Assembly: GCF_021028975.2 (NCBI RefSeq)
Contig: NC_059426.1
Span: forward strand, 71,052,001-71,116,000
Origin: Sphaerodactylus townsendi
Lineage: Eukaryota
DNA length: 64,000 nucleotides
Direction: 5' to 3'
Position numbers and translations under genes: made by a program. The notes beneath the pieces are model-generated. The model saw nothing but the letters and a program-made list of their open reading frames with translations. It was not told the origin of the DNA and did no database searches. Shown in pieces: positions 11,990-24,500 of the stretch (position 1 is its first letter; every line of letters begins with the position of its first letter).

Positions 11990-12770
11990 ATAGGAGTATG
12001 CAACGTTTTTTTTCCAGGTATTTTTAGGGATTTGGGCCTCAAATTTTTTCAGAAAAGCTGAAAAAAGGTGAATACTCATGCTGCTAAATGTTTTTTCCCC
12101 CTAGCTTTTTTCCCCTAGAAAATTTTGGCTTCATTAAAGTCCATGAGGAATTTTGGGAGAGCTCTGGGAGAATATTGTTCCTCAATGTAGAGTTGCCAAA
12201 TTTGCAGCGAAAGCACAGGTGAGTCTCTTTAAAAGAGCCCCCAAGTTTGGTGAAGATTAGGTCAGGGCTGCATTTGTGTGAGCTCCAAAATGAGATTCTC
12301 CATCTTGTCCAATTGAGTTTTCTGTTGTTTCCAAAGGAAGATGGGGGGTACCCCCTTTGGGTGCCCATAAAATTGTACCCCCTGACCCAAACTTGGAGGT
12401 TCTTCTAAGGAGAGTCACCTACGTCTGCGCTGCAAATGTGTTGCCTCTACTTTGAAAAACAGCTCCCCCCCCCAACAAAGTCCCATATTGCATGCAATTG
12501 GCATGCAAAATAGTTTCTCAGTCTCCCATCCTCTCATTGTTTCTAAAGGAGAAAAAAAACAGCTTGTGAGCTATCATGGGTCAGTACCTCTCACCCTAAG
12601 AAAAACACAAGCCCAACAGAACTATACCAGAACCCAACCCAGTGGAACCACAAACAAATGCATTGCAAAACCTAATAGGACCAATGTAAAAAAACATAGA
12701 AACACAGTACAAAAAAATCAACACTTTTTGCCAGCCCAGATGAAACTGCAAGCCAGTCCAAAGTACAGGT
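11990..12770. mobile_element. Unclassified CpG-decayed squamate non-autonomous DNA element
   Basis: Contains ccccaagtttggtgaagattaggtcagggg and aattgtaccccctg-type blocks that resemble common lizard DNA repeats. The ends are poorly defined. Confidence 0.35.
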
Positions 12771-13229
12771 GCCCAGCAAAACCCAGGCACACTGGCAACA
12801 ACAACACTTCCATTTTCCCAAAGAATTAATGCCTTAAAAAGTGAGCAGGAGGAGTTCTGAGTGCAACCCTCTCTCTGCAGTCTCACACACCATCCCAGCC
12901 TCAGAGGTTGAGCCTTTGGTGTTGTGGCTGCCTTTCATCATTGGTTCTCCTCTTCCCACCTCCCACCCCTGCAAAGAATGTTAGGCAGAAGCACATCTCC
13001 ATTAGCTTCATCATTTGTGGCATTCCTGTGGATTCTCCTGGTTTCTGTGTGACGCACTGGTTCTTATGCCACTGCGTCCCTTTCATCTCCCAACAAAATG
13101 AAGAACAATTTGGGTGCAGCTCCATTATTCTCAGCCTGAGATTTTGGTTTGGGGTGGCTGGCCAAGCATCACCTTCAGCACACACACCCTCTCCCATATA
13201 GTTACTAGGGTTCAGTGGAGGCTTTTGGG

Positions 13230-14400
13230 CGCAGTGTTTCAGAATTACATCTCTTTGTCAAGACAGGTTTTTCAACTACAGTCTAGATCATCACTATAGG
13301 GCTCAGGTCTATTCAGCTTGGAGGAAACTCATCATAAATGGCCAAGATCACTTTCACCTTTCTTCAACAAACCTTCACCTGTGTAATCAGAGAGAGAGAT
13401 TTACTTGAAGTGCCATTTTCTCCATTGGCATTGTTTGAGAGTTATGAGACATCTCCTTGCACTTCGCATCCTTGCTACGAAAGATACCAAGGCAATCAAT
13501 CACGGTTGGCACAGTTATCTGGTGGGTCTTGCCTTAACATGTTTATGTGTTCATGGATACAGGCAGCAAATCCTCAGCTTTGTTCAAACTCCAGCACAGC
13601 CTTGTTGCAGTCACAGTGTTCCAGGCATGCAAAACACTTCAACAGCCAAGAAGGACGAGGGAGCCACACCAACAGCTCAAACCCTCTCTGATGAGGACAA
13701 CACTTCAAAACAGGAATCAGAGACTGAGATGGAATGCACATCTATTCCATCTTCAGATGATGTAGTGGGGTAATCCCTTGCCATTGTCACCGACCAAGGA
13801 CTTTGGGATTCTATTCAGAATAGTTAATTTGAATGGTAAAAGACTTATACCTTCATTATTCTACCGCAGGTCTGAAAGTGTCAGATCAAGTAATGAGGAT
13901 ATTGTATACCCAGACTCAGGTCCAATCTTTCTTCCTTTGGTTAAGGGAATTAGAAATATAGTGGGAGTGGGGGTATGGAGCAGGTCAGTGTCCAGTCAAC
14001 CCTCAGTGAAACAGCTGGAGAATATGTATAGGATCATGGTGTAGGATTGTGATTTCCTTTTCCACCCCCACCCCCCAGAATGAATTCTGTAATTATGGTT
14101 CCATCCAGATGTAGTTTGGGATTGCGTTCCTGTCCTATGGATGAAGAAGGTGAAAAGTTGGACACAATGGGTAGAAAAGTATATTTGTCAGGCACATTGG
14201 CACTGAGAGTCTCAAATTTTACAGCAGCATTGGATGTTTCTCTGGGACTGATTAGCCCAGCGTGGACAAAAAGCTGCAGTATATCACAGTACAACCTCAT
14301 GAGTAGATATATCATTCTAACAGACTCATTTTTATCTTATTCAGGTAAAACTTTCCAACAAATTACAGAAAGGAGGAAAAGTCTCTTGTCAGAGTTCTAG
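13230..14400 (+). mobile_element. DIRS (tyrosine-recombinase retroelement) gag remnant
   Basis: ORF 14080..14400 contains P.DEEGEKLDTMGRKVYLSGTLALRVSNF, resembling the LAP2alpha-like gag block of vertebrate DIRS. A possible decayed N-terminal Cys/His finger lies near 13260-13350. Confidence 0.55.
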
Positions 14401-14419
14401 CCCCATTGTTCTTCACTTT

Positions 14420-14650
14420 TTAATCTATGGATCCATTGTAAGTTCTTTTTGTAAAAAAATGCTGCTTCTCTTATTGAACTTACATACTACAAAGAAATGC
14501 ATATCCCTACATGTATGATGTTGTTCCATAAAATGGTCAACAAGCAGAGCCTCAGTCTGTGCAGTCCCAATTTTTGAGGCATGCTCTAACATGCATTGTC
14601 TCACCATTCTAGATGTCATTCCCACATACATAAAGTGCTCTGGCATGTCT
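14420..14650 (-). mobile_element. Penelope-type GIY-YIG endonuclease remnant
   Basis: MYVGMTSRMVRQCMLEHASKI...ALLVDHFMEQHH fits the YVG.T.R....R..EH...I....PV..HF motif. Confidence 0.65.
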
Positions 14651-14687
14651 GTCAACACCTGCTTCTCGTGTAGTAGATGGGTGTCCT

Positions 14688-15116
14688 TCACACTGTGAGA
14701 TGCTGACATTTCTGAAAGAGATTCTGGATCTCATGAGTTGCAGCTTCCAGCCTGGGATTCTCTGCAGAACTCAGACTCAAGATATCCTTAAACATGAAGT
14801 ACAGAAGGTGGCCCACACAGTAAATTAACTTCAGGTTCAATGATGTTGCTGCAGTCCTGATATTTGCACCATCATTGGTCACCATGAAGCCTATGATGAT
14901 GTCCCTGCATATCCAGTCTGCTATCTTTCTATTGAAAATGACAGAAATGTTGTCTGATATGTGCACTTCATCAAGAATCGCAGAGCAAAGCCTTGTGATA
15001 GGCAACCCATCAGCCCTCATGCTGCTTAGTGGTGTGAATGTGCTGTCAGCGAGAGGTAGGCAGGTCCAGATACTGGATGTGAAGTGCACAGTTCTACTAC
15101 AAGTCTTCTCCTTCAC
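14688..15116 (-). mobile_element. hAT transposase catalytic-domain remnant
   Basis: VHFTSSIWT...LDEVHISDNI...MVTNDGANIRTAA...IYCVGHLLYFMFKDIL corresponds to the degenerate hAT TxDxW, H T..NI, VTDNGAN and CxxH motifs. Confidence 0.75.
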
Positions 15117-15629
15117 TTCCCCCCCACAGGAAACCTAACAGACCCTGACAGCTTTTTAAGAACCCCTGCCAAAAAAAGCTAAGGTTTTGTTATGTAAAAC
15201 TTCACCTAACCTAACCTTTCTTCAGGGTGCTGTTTTCTTTCTTTTTTGATTTGTTTAAAGAACCACTACCTAGTGACTTCCTGTTCTAGAACCTATCTAC
15301 GCTTAACCTGCAACTATCTTGGAGATGGAAAATTAAAACTTTTTTAAAAGTGAAAAATACTAAAATTTGCACTAAAATTTGTCTTTTCTTCTTTACTGTA
15401 AGCTCCCCAATTTCAGATAAAGAAATTGAAAACAGCTCCTTTTCAAGCTGCCTAGAGCCTGAATTGATGAACTTGTTTTCTGAGGCTGCTAGGCTTCAGT
15501 TGTTATGAAGCTCAGAGCTGACACTGAAAAGGTTTACTGTTTACTAATTAACCATTTGGTAAACAAGATCCTTGACTCTTCTTAACTTCTACCACATGCC
15601 TAATTAGGACGAAACTAAAACCCTACATC

Positions 15630-15986
15630 CAGAGGCGTAGCTGTGCCAGAGTGCGCCCAGTGCGCACTCTGGCTTTTTCGCCCCCCCCCCCCACGGCGGC
15701 GCCCCCCACCCCCACTTACTTTAGAAAACTGAGCAGGCTGGAGAACAAGTGTGCGGGGGCGCAGCAGGGGGGCCGCTGTGGGGGGAATCACGCTGGGGCC
15801 CCCGCAGCGCCCCCCCTCACGCTTTAGAAAACTGAGCAGGCTGGAGAACAGGCCTTCCTGTTCTCCAGCCTGCTCGGTTTTCTAAAGTAAGTGTGTGGGG
15901 CCAGGGGATTTTGCACCCCCCACGTGACCCAAATTCGTGCGCCCGGTGCGTCGCGCACCCCCCGCCCCCTAGGAACTTCGCTGCTG
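15630..15986. mobile_element. hAT MITE with 8-bp TSD
   Basis: Imperfect TIRs cagaggcgtagct / aacttcgctgctg. Perfect TSD cctacatc at 15622-15629 and 15987-15994. CpG-rich, with internal direct and inverted ctttagaaaactgagcaggctggagaaca repeats. Confidence 0.85.
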
Positions 15987-17336
15987 CCTACATCTAAATT
16001 AAAATTTGAGGTTTTTAAATTAATTTGTCATGCGCCCTTATTAAAACTGGATTCTGTCGTGACTATTACAAGATGCCTCAAATGAAATCCGCCAGGAAGA
16101 GCACAACAATATAATTCCACCAACTCAATAGAGCAACAAGGAACAAAAGCTTCCTTCCCCCTCCCCCACCCAAAAAAAGCAAATGAAGGAAACTCAGGGA
16201 AGAAGAGCCTGGCCCAGTGTAACACCTCAACACAACAGAGAAGCAAACACCACAAAATAAAGGGAAGGGGGTGGGGGTGAGGAAGAATAGGGCAAAGAAT
16301 TGAAAAAGCACCCTCCCCCTAGCCTAAATCCTAAAACCCAGAGAAAGAAACCAATAGAGGGGAAAACACTCTCATACACAAAACTAAAGGAAATACCTCT
16401 AAAAAAACCCCCAGAACCTCCCACACAAAGGCAAAAAAATACAAGAACCTCTGAAACCAGCTAAACTTCGAAAACAAACCAACCCCCAAAGAACCACACA
16501 ACCAAACAGGAGAAGGCAACCAGTCCCTCAGGCTTTGCAAGGATTTTTGGCCTGTCTCCACTCCTCCCTGGTTACACACCAGAAGACAAGCAAAAGAGAG
16601 AAGGGGTAAAATAAGTCCCCACCTAAAAAAAGCCAAGAAAATGGTTTTTAAAAAACCCCAGCACACAAGGCTCTAAAAATACGACAACCCTTAAACAAGC
16701 TAAACTCTATGCAACTGAATGGCCTTTAGGTTTCACTAGGTCCTGAGCCCAAGTTCCACATGCTCAGACCACCAACAGGCAAAGACTGAAAGGTGCAACA
16801 GGTGCACTTCACAAAAAATAAAATGAACCAAATTATTTAAATATTTATTTATTTATTATTGCATTTATAAACCACCCCATCCCCTAAGGGCCTAATTATT
16901 TCACAGTGTCTGTGGGAAAATGGCATTTCTTGTTTTTACTTTCTCTTTTTTATTCAATCAACAATATTATACAAATATTTATCAATAATCAAGACAATAT
17001 AATTTACAAACAAACAAAACAACAACGTAAATTATAGAGCTGTCAGAAATACATAACAGGCTCAGCTTATTCACTCAAATAATCATATAACCAGTAATTT
17101 GTTCCATTAAGGATTACATCAAAATCTATAACTTACTGCTAGGGGAAAAAAAAACCCTTAAGTATATAGTTCCCAATTCTGTTTTAACTAAAACACTTAC
17201 TGTATATCCAAACACAACATTTCTATGAAAATCTTTATTGTATCTTATGTCATTACATAACTAACTTGTCTAAGTATTTCCAATCTTATTTCTAATATAA
17301 ATCTTGAAACTAATCTTATCCATAACACTTCACTCA

Positions 17337-17845
17337 GGCCGTTTCGGCACGGAGGCGGAAGTGGCTGGGTCGGCGCATTTCGCACCAACCCAACGACGCT
17401 GGGACCGTCCGCATGGAGAGAGAAAGAGCCAGGACGACGGGCGCCGCAGAGCGCCATCGCCCGGCCGACCCAGCATGTCCCCGGGCCTCCGGCATGTCTC
17501 CGAAGCCTGAGGACACACCCCCCCGGCCCTGCGTGCCTGCTCCAGCGTCGCAGGGCAGGGGGGCGTGTCCCCAGTCCTCGGCGACGCTCCGGAGGCCCGG
17601 GGACAAGGTAAGTGCAGGGAGGGAGTAGGGGGGAGGCACCTTGAAGCCGCTGCCGTTCGCACGGCAGCGGCTTCAAGCCGGCGTTCCCGGGAAAGTGCGC
17701 TTTCCAGCGCACTCCGGAAACGCTGGCTTTGCACCGGTAGGGCGGCGCGAGGGCGGCGCGGCGGCACCCCCTGTGCGAATGGCGGCCTGGGGATGGCGTT
17801 TTTGCTGTCCCCAGGCCGCCATAATCCGCCAGTGCGGAAACGGCC
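17337..17845. mobile_element. PIF/Harbinger MITE with 3-bp TSD
   Basis: TIRs ggccgtttcggcac / gtgcggaaacggcc. TSD tca at 17334-17336 and 17846-17848. Very GC/CpG-rich. Internal palindrome ttgaagccgctgccg-ttcgca-cggcagcggcttcaa at 17641-17676. Confidence 0.85.
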
Positions 17846-19211
17846 TCAGTATTTCAAACAGTAACATAAAATTGTTCTCTTATATTTTTATTCGCCTTCT
17901 GGTGACTTTATAAATATCATAATTATTAACTAGAGTTGTAAACTTAATGATAAACTCAATGTCAAATGTTTGTAATCCTCATTGCTTCTCAAAAACACAA
18001 TTAGCAGTTTCCATACTTTAGTACAACTTTCTATGCTTTCATTATTCATCACTGTTGATAATTTATCCACTAACATATATTCTGTTAATTTATATACCCA
18101 GTCCTTTATTGTTGATATTTTCAGGGATTTCCATTCTTTAGCATGTAAAATTCTTGCAGCGGTGATCAGATACAATACTAAAGTTTCATTTTCCTTTTTA
18201 AAATACTGTATCTACTAAATTCAACCGAAAAAAAATTCTGGCTTACATTCAAATTCATTTTTCAATATACTTTTCATCACTTCAAATATTTCAATCCAGA
18301 ATATTTTAACCCTTTTACATGTCCACACTTATGCCAGAAAGTCCCTTTTTCCTTATTACATTTCCAACAGATTTCTGATATTCCTTTATATATCTTAGCC
18401 ATTTTATTTTCCTTTAAATTCATACAGCTGGTAAATTTTAAATTTCTCTTCCAGACTTTTCCCCACTCTTCCATAGTAATTGTTTCTCTAAAGTCTGGGA
18501 CCATGTGATCATGCTTTCTTTTACTTGTTCAGACTCCGTTTCAATATGTAGCAGCAACTTATACATTTTTTAAATAAGAGATGCTTATCCTTTACATATA
18601 GTATTCCGTAACTAAGATTATTTATCTTCAAAACCTATTTTTGTCTTGCTTGTATTTCTCTTTTAATTTTCAATAACCACTGCCAGTGCTCCTTATTAAT
18701 ATTAATTTCCTCCCTTTCTTTTAACATGTAACCTTCCTGTTTTTTAAACAGTATGTCTTTATACCTTAAATATCTACTTTTTAAACTCCCTCTCAAGGTT
18801 GTTTCTTCATGTGGTGAAATCCACATCGGTGTTTTGTTTTGTTTTAATATCCTATATTTCTCCCAGATTTTATAAATTGATTTTCTTATATATGTAAATC
18901 AAAGCTCTCCAAGTTTGATAAATCTTCATTGGTTAATAACATCCATTCTCAAAACCACACTAAACCTGCAGCTTGATAGTAAAGTTTTAAAACAGGAAGG
19001 GCTAGATCACCTCTCTCTGAAGAATCACATTAAATTTAACATCTTATTCTAGGCTTCTTTCCTTCCCAAATGAAAGATAAGATTTCTTTTTCCCATTTTT
19101 CAAAATGCTTTTCTGGAATTATTACTAGTATGGTCTGAAATAAAAATAATATATTCGCTAACACATTAGATATTATTACTGCTATCCTTCCAAGTAGGGA
19201 TAGCTTTAGTA

Positions 19212-19566
19212 GGGAGCAGCAGTGCCGTAGGAGGTTAAGAGCTCGTGTATCTAATCTGGAGGAACTGGGTTTGATTCTCCGCTCTGTTGCCTGAGCTGTG
19301 GAGGCTTTTCTGGGGAATTCAGATTAGCCTGTACACTCCCACACACACCAGCTGGGTGACCTTGGGCTAGTCACAGCTTCTTGGAGCTCTCTCAGCCCCA
19401 CCTACCTCACAGGGTGTTTGTTGTGAGGGGGGAAGGGCAAGGAGATTGTAAGCCCCTTTGAGTCTCCTACAAGGAGAGAAAGGGGGGATATAAATCCAAA
19501 CTACTCCTGCTCCTCCTCCTCCTCCTCCTCCTCTTCTTCTTCTTCTTCTTCTTCTTCTTCTTCTTC
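19212..19566 (+). mobile_element. tRNA-derived SINE (Squam3-like) with (TCC)n(TTC)n tail
   Basis: A-box-like gtgccgtaggaggttaagag, B-box-like gggtttgattctcc, core gctgggtgaccttgggctagtcaca...cagccccacctacctcacagggtg, microsatellite tail. Confidence 0.85.
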
Positions 19567-20412
19567 ATTTTGCTCACTTTTAAAAATCATTACTGATCTT
19601 TTTCCATAATATTTTGTAATATTTTTGAAATTGTAATATACTATATTTAGCTATATTAATTCCTAAATACTGGTATTTAACTTTCTTTATCAAATCATAA
19701 CTTCCTGAAATAGCATTTCTATAAATGTGGTAATGGAAGGATAACTGTGGGCCCATGATTTCTGCTTCTACAACAGTAGAGATTTGGGACAAAGTGTTCC
19801 ATTTGCTGTTTCAATTGTTCCAATTAAAGATCCATTTATTAAAATTCTAACTTGCTGTTTTGTCTAAATACTTGGCATCTGATTTAAAAATTCTGTTCCA
19901 CAATTCACATTTTAAGACTTTCATTAGAAATAACTAAGATACTTTGTCAAAAGTTTCTCAGAATCCAGAAAATATAAATGTGGTTTCTGCCCTTTTCTCT
20001 TTGAGTATTCAATTGCATTCAATAAATGTCTGATATTATCTTTTATATATCTCCCTAAGACAAATCCTGTTTGATCTTCATGGATTAAGTCCGTAATACA
20101 TTGTTTTAGTCTTTCGTCTGTGATTGTTATGAACATTTTATAATCCACATTTAGTAATGGGATTGGTCTATACTGTTGTGGTAATAATGGGTTATTCCTT
20201 TTTTTATATATTGAAGTCATATTCACTTCTTGCTGAGCAGGTGATATATCCTGTTTCTCTTGTATTTCATTCATTACTCTTTATAAGGGCATTGTTAATA
20301 TTTCTTCTAAAGCATTTATAATAGGTTGCTGTCAAAGGTGCTTTGCCCTTCTTGAATTTTTTAACCACAATATTAATGTCCATTATTGATCCATGCCCAC
20401 CAGGGCTCAAGC

Positions 20413-20794
20413 CAGTGGTGGGATCCAAAAATTTTAGTTACAGATTCCCATAGTGGTGGGATTCAAACTGTGGCGTAGCGCCAATGGGGCTGGGTGGGGC
20501 ACGACAGGGGGCATGGCCAGGCATTCCAGGGGCAGGACATTCCTGGGCAGGGCTGTGGCAAGGACGCAGCCGCTGCGCCGGTCCTTGGGCGGGAAACGAA
20601 TGCACGCAGGCGCAGGCTGCCACGCACTCCTGCTAGACTGCTTCAAGTTCTGCGCACTACTGCTGAGAGGAGGGGCGTAACTAAGGCAAAAATCACGTGG
20701 CAAAATCACCCATTAGTAACCCCCTCTCGGCACACGCAAATAATTAGTAACCTACTCTCAGGAACCTGTGAGAACCTGCTGGATCCCACCTCTG
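20413..20794. mobile_element. hAT MITE with 8-bp TSD
   Basis: TIRs cagtggtgggatcc / ggatcccacctctg. Perfect TSD gctcaagc at 20405-20412 and 20795-20802. Confidence 0.9.
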
Positions 20795-21009
20795 GCTCAA
20801 GCTATTTCTGCTGCTCTTCAAGGAAACATCAATCTTCTGGATATCTGTAGGAAGGCTACAGGGTCATCTCCTTTAACATTTGTGACACACTGTGCCATGA
20901 ACGTAGATTCTTGAATAGAAGCAGCTGTTGGGAGAGCTGTTATCCCATCACTAGCAGGGCCCGGCCACACGTTGCTGTGGCTTATTGTGGCGAAATTGGA
21001 AAGGAACAG

Positions 21010-21507
21010 ATTTTGGAGGGCTTTTCTCAAAGCCACATCTTTTAAAACAGTGTATTTTTAACAGGGGTTTGCAGGGGTTATCTCTTTTTCTCCTTAAGGC
21101 TACTAGGAGCTGAGACTGCTGGAGGTGGGGCTTAACAGGGGTTAACAGAGGTTACTCTTTGTCCTGGGCTGCTAAAGGTGGGGCTCCTGAGGTGAGTCAT
21201 TCAGTCTTTAGTTCAGTCTCTGAACCAGCAGAAAGGAGCAGCAGTGGACAAGGCATCTGGGCCAGGAAGAACAGAGTGACTCTGGTGTTCATTTTGGAGG
21301 GCTTTTCTCAAAGCCACATCTTTTAAAACAGTGTATTTTTAACAGGGGTTTGCAGGGGTTATCTCTTTTTCTCCTTAAGGCTACTAGGAGCTGAGACTGC
21401 TGGAGGTGGGCTTAACAGGGGTTAACAGAGGCTACTCTTTGTCCTGGGCTGCTAAAGGTGGGGCTCCTGAGGTGAGTCATTCAGTCTTTAGTTCAGTCTC
21501 TGGAACC
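21010..21507 (+). repeat. Direct repeat of about 217 bp in the CR1 5'UTR (21010-21226 and 21291-21507)
   Basis: attttggagggcttttctcaaagccacatc...gttcagtctctg(g)aacc occurs twice, nearly identical. Confidence 0.9.
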
Positions 21508-24500
21508 GAAATGGCCTACTTAAATGGAGCGCAATTTCTTTCTTTTTTCTTTTTAAAAATAAATTAATTAATTAATTAATAAGGACATTTCTTGAGGGAT
21601 AGTAGGTACAGATAGCTCCAAGGGGCACTGACTAAAAGTTTAATATCTAAATATCTAAACAAAAGCAGATATGAAGGCAGGAAGCCAGCAGGGGGGATGG
21701 GGGCTTGCCAGTGTTTTGCACTGAGTGTCACATGTATGACTATCTGCCACTGGGCCAGAAGTCGTGGGTGTGCCCTCGCTGCAATGAGCTCCTGGCACTC
21801 AAGGAACGTGTCCGCTCTCTTGACGCCAAGGTGGCAGACCTGGAGACGCTGAGAGAGGCAGAGAGGGCAACAAACAAGGCTTTCAGGGACCTAGCAGCCG
21901 GGTCCCACTCCCAAGGTGACATCTCTTCAGATGTCATGGAGAATGAGAGTCTGGGTGACAGAGGGGTGCCAGTTCGAGGTGGGAAAGATGCTCCCTTAGA
22001 TGGGATCCCTTCCTTAACTGGTGATCAGCTATCCTCTCAAGACTGAGGATACCCCTTGGGGAGGTGGGGGGCTCCTTGTAGTGGGTGATTCGATCATTAG
22101 GCATATAGGGGGTTGGGTTTGTGACAGGCGGGATGACCGCATGGTGACTTGCCTGCCTGGTGCGAAGGTTGCGGATGTCACTTTTCGTCTAGAAAGGCTG
22201 TTAGACAGTGCTGGGGTGGAGTCAGCAGTTGTGGTCCCACTGTGGTACCAATGACATTGGGAAATGTAGCCGGGAGGTTCTGGAAGCTAAATTTAGGCTG
22301 CTAGGAAAAAGGTTAAAATCCAGGACCCCCAAGGTGGCATTCTCTGAAATGCTACCTGTTCCACGCGCAGGGCGAGCTAGGGCAAGCGGAGATACAGGGT
22401 CTCAATGCGTGGATGAGAAGGTGGTGCAAGGCAGAGGGTTTCAGATTTGTCAGGAACTGGGGAACCTTTTGGGATAAGGCAGGCCTGTACAAAAGGGACG
22501 GGCTTCATCTTAACCAAAGAGGAACCAGGCGGCGGGGCCCCAACGTCAAAAGGTGGCAGAACAGCTTTTAAACTGATTCCTGGGGGAAAGCCGACAGGAG
22601 CTGAGGTGACTTCGGTTTGGAATACAGAGTCCATGGGGATGCAGACAGAGAAGGAGGTTTTTTTAAATCAACCACATACAAGTGAGGAACATAGCAATGT
22701 GATAAGTGATAGTGTCTACAAAAGGCTAGAGGGCAAAACACATAAATCCCAGATTAGGGACAGAGACAGAGTATACAAGTGTCTCTATGCTAATAGTAGA
22801 AGCATTCGACCTAAAATATGGGGAGCTGGAGTACAGAGTTTTGAAGGAGGACATTGATATAGTGGGCATCACAGAGACATGGTGGAATGAGGAGAACCAG
22901 TGGGATGCTGTTATCCCAGGTTACAGGCTCTACAGGAAGGATAGGACAGGGCGTGATTGGGGTGGGGTGGCCCCTCTACATCAAAGAGAGCATAGTGTCA
23001 CATAAAAAATAGACAATGCAGGGGAGCTGATTCCTCTACAGAAGCACTGTGGATATCAATACCAGGGGTGAAGCATAGTTTAACATTAGGAATATATTAT
23101 CGTCCCCCTGACCAAAGCGCACAAGAGGATTCTGAGATGGAAAAAGAAATTAGAGAGGCCAACAAAAGCAAAAATGTCGTGGTAATGGGCGATTTTAACT
23201 ATCCCCATATAAACTGGAAAAATTCATGTTCAGGTCATAGTAAGGAGAGAACATTCCTGGATATGCTAAATGACTGTGGCTTAGAGCAGATGGTTGTAGA
23301 ACCAACCAGGGAGATGTGATCCTAGATCTAATTCTATGTGGGACCCAGGACCTGGTGCAGGAAGTCAGTGTTGTTGAGCCGATAGGGGAACAGCGACCAC
23401 AATGCTGTCAGATTCAGTATCTCTGCATGCTTAACAAGTGACAACTACTAATGTAGTTACATTCGCCTTCAGAAAGGGAAATTTCTCAAAGATGAGGGGA
23501 TAGTGCGCAGGAAGCTGAAAGGGAAAATCAAGAGAGTCAAAAATGTCCAAGATGCTTGGAGGTTATTTAAAAACACAGTCTTAAAAGCTCAACTGGAATG
23601 TGTTCCACAGGTTAGGAAAGGCAGCGCCCAGTCCAAAAGAAAGCCACCATGGTTAACAAGGGACATTGAGGAAATTATTAGGGAAAAAAAGATGTCTTTT
23701 AGAAAATGGAAGTCCAACTTAACTGATAAAGAATACCAGAGAGAACACAAATGGTGGCAAAAGAGAAGCAAGTTAGCTGTAAGGGAGGCAAAAAAGGATT
23801 ATGAGGAACGCATGGCTGTGAACATCAAAACCAGCAACAAACAGTTCTTCAAGTACATCAAAAGCAGGAAGCCAGCACGGGAAGCGGTAGGCCCGTTAGA
23901 TGACAAAGGAACAAAGGGTGTGCTAAAAGATGACAGGGAGATTGCAGAAAAGCTGAATGAAGTCTTTGCATCTGTCTTCACCCAAGAGGAGGTGAGGAAA
24001 ATTCCTGCACCTGAACCAAGCTTCTTAGGAGGCGAATCCGAGGAACTAACGAAGATAGTGGTAGACAAGGAAGAAGTTCTGGCAGCCATTGATAAACTAA
24101 ATGCTACCAAATCCCCTGGCCCAGATTGCATTCACCCAAGAGTTCTTAAAGAGCTCAAGCATGAAATTGCTGATCTTCTCACTTTAATATGCAACTTATC
24201 CTTGAAATCAGGCTCCACCCCTGAAGACTGGAAGATGGCCAATGTCACACCAATCTTTAAGAAAGGATCTAGGGGGGACCCGGGAAATTACAGGCCAGTC
24301 AGTTTGACATCTGTTCCTGGTAAATTAGTAGAATCTGTCATTAAAGATAAAATTATAAACATGTACAAAAGCAAAACCTGCTGAGAAAGAGTCAGCATGG
24401 CTTTGCAGAGGCAAATCCTGTCTTACAAACTTGCCTAGAGTTCTTTGAGGATGTAAATAGGCATGTGGATAAGGGGGAACCAGTGGACATTGTCTACTTG

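Larger units (their letters stand above)
16940..20390 (-). mobile_element. 5'-truncated L1-clade LINE (RT to 3' end), interrupted by a Harbinger MITE and a SINE
   Basis: YRPIPLLNVDYK...LIHEDQTGFVLGRYIKDNIR...LD.EK; KYLGINI; CWKCNKEKGTFWH; ITAARILHAKEWK. T-rich tail near 16940. Many stops and frameshifts. Confidence 0.85.

Noticed and set aside
12840-14400. Possible endogenous viral element (bornavirus/hepadnavirus-like) on the minus strand
   Set aside because: I found no convincing viral motifs; the plus-strand DIRS gag-like block explains the region better.
17245-17913. Eight overlapping GC-rich ORFs resembling a gene or CpG-island exon
   Set aside because: They lie within a TIR/TSD-bounded Harbinger MITE; the stop-poor frames result from GC content.
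21010-21507. Direct repeats as LTRs or a CRISPR-like array
   Set aside because: There are only two adjacent units at the 5' end of a CR1 LINE, with no spacers, no PBS and no cas genes. The DNA is eukaryotic.
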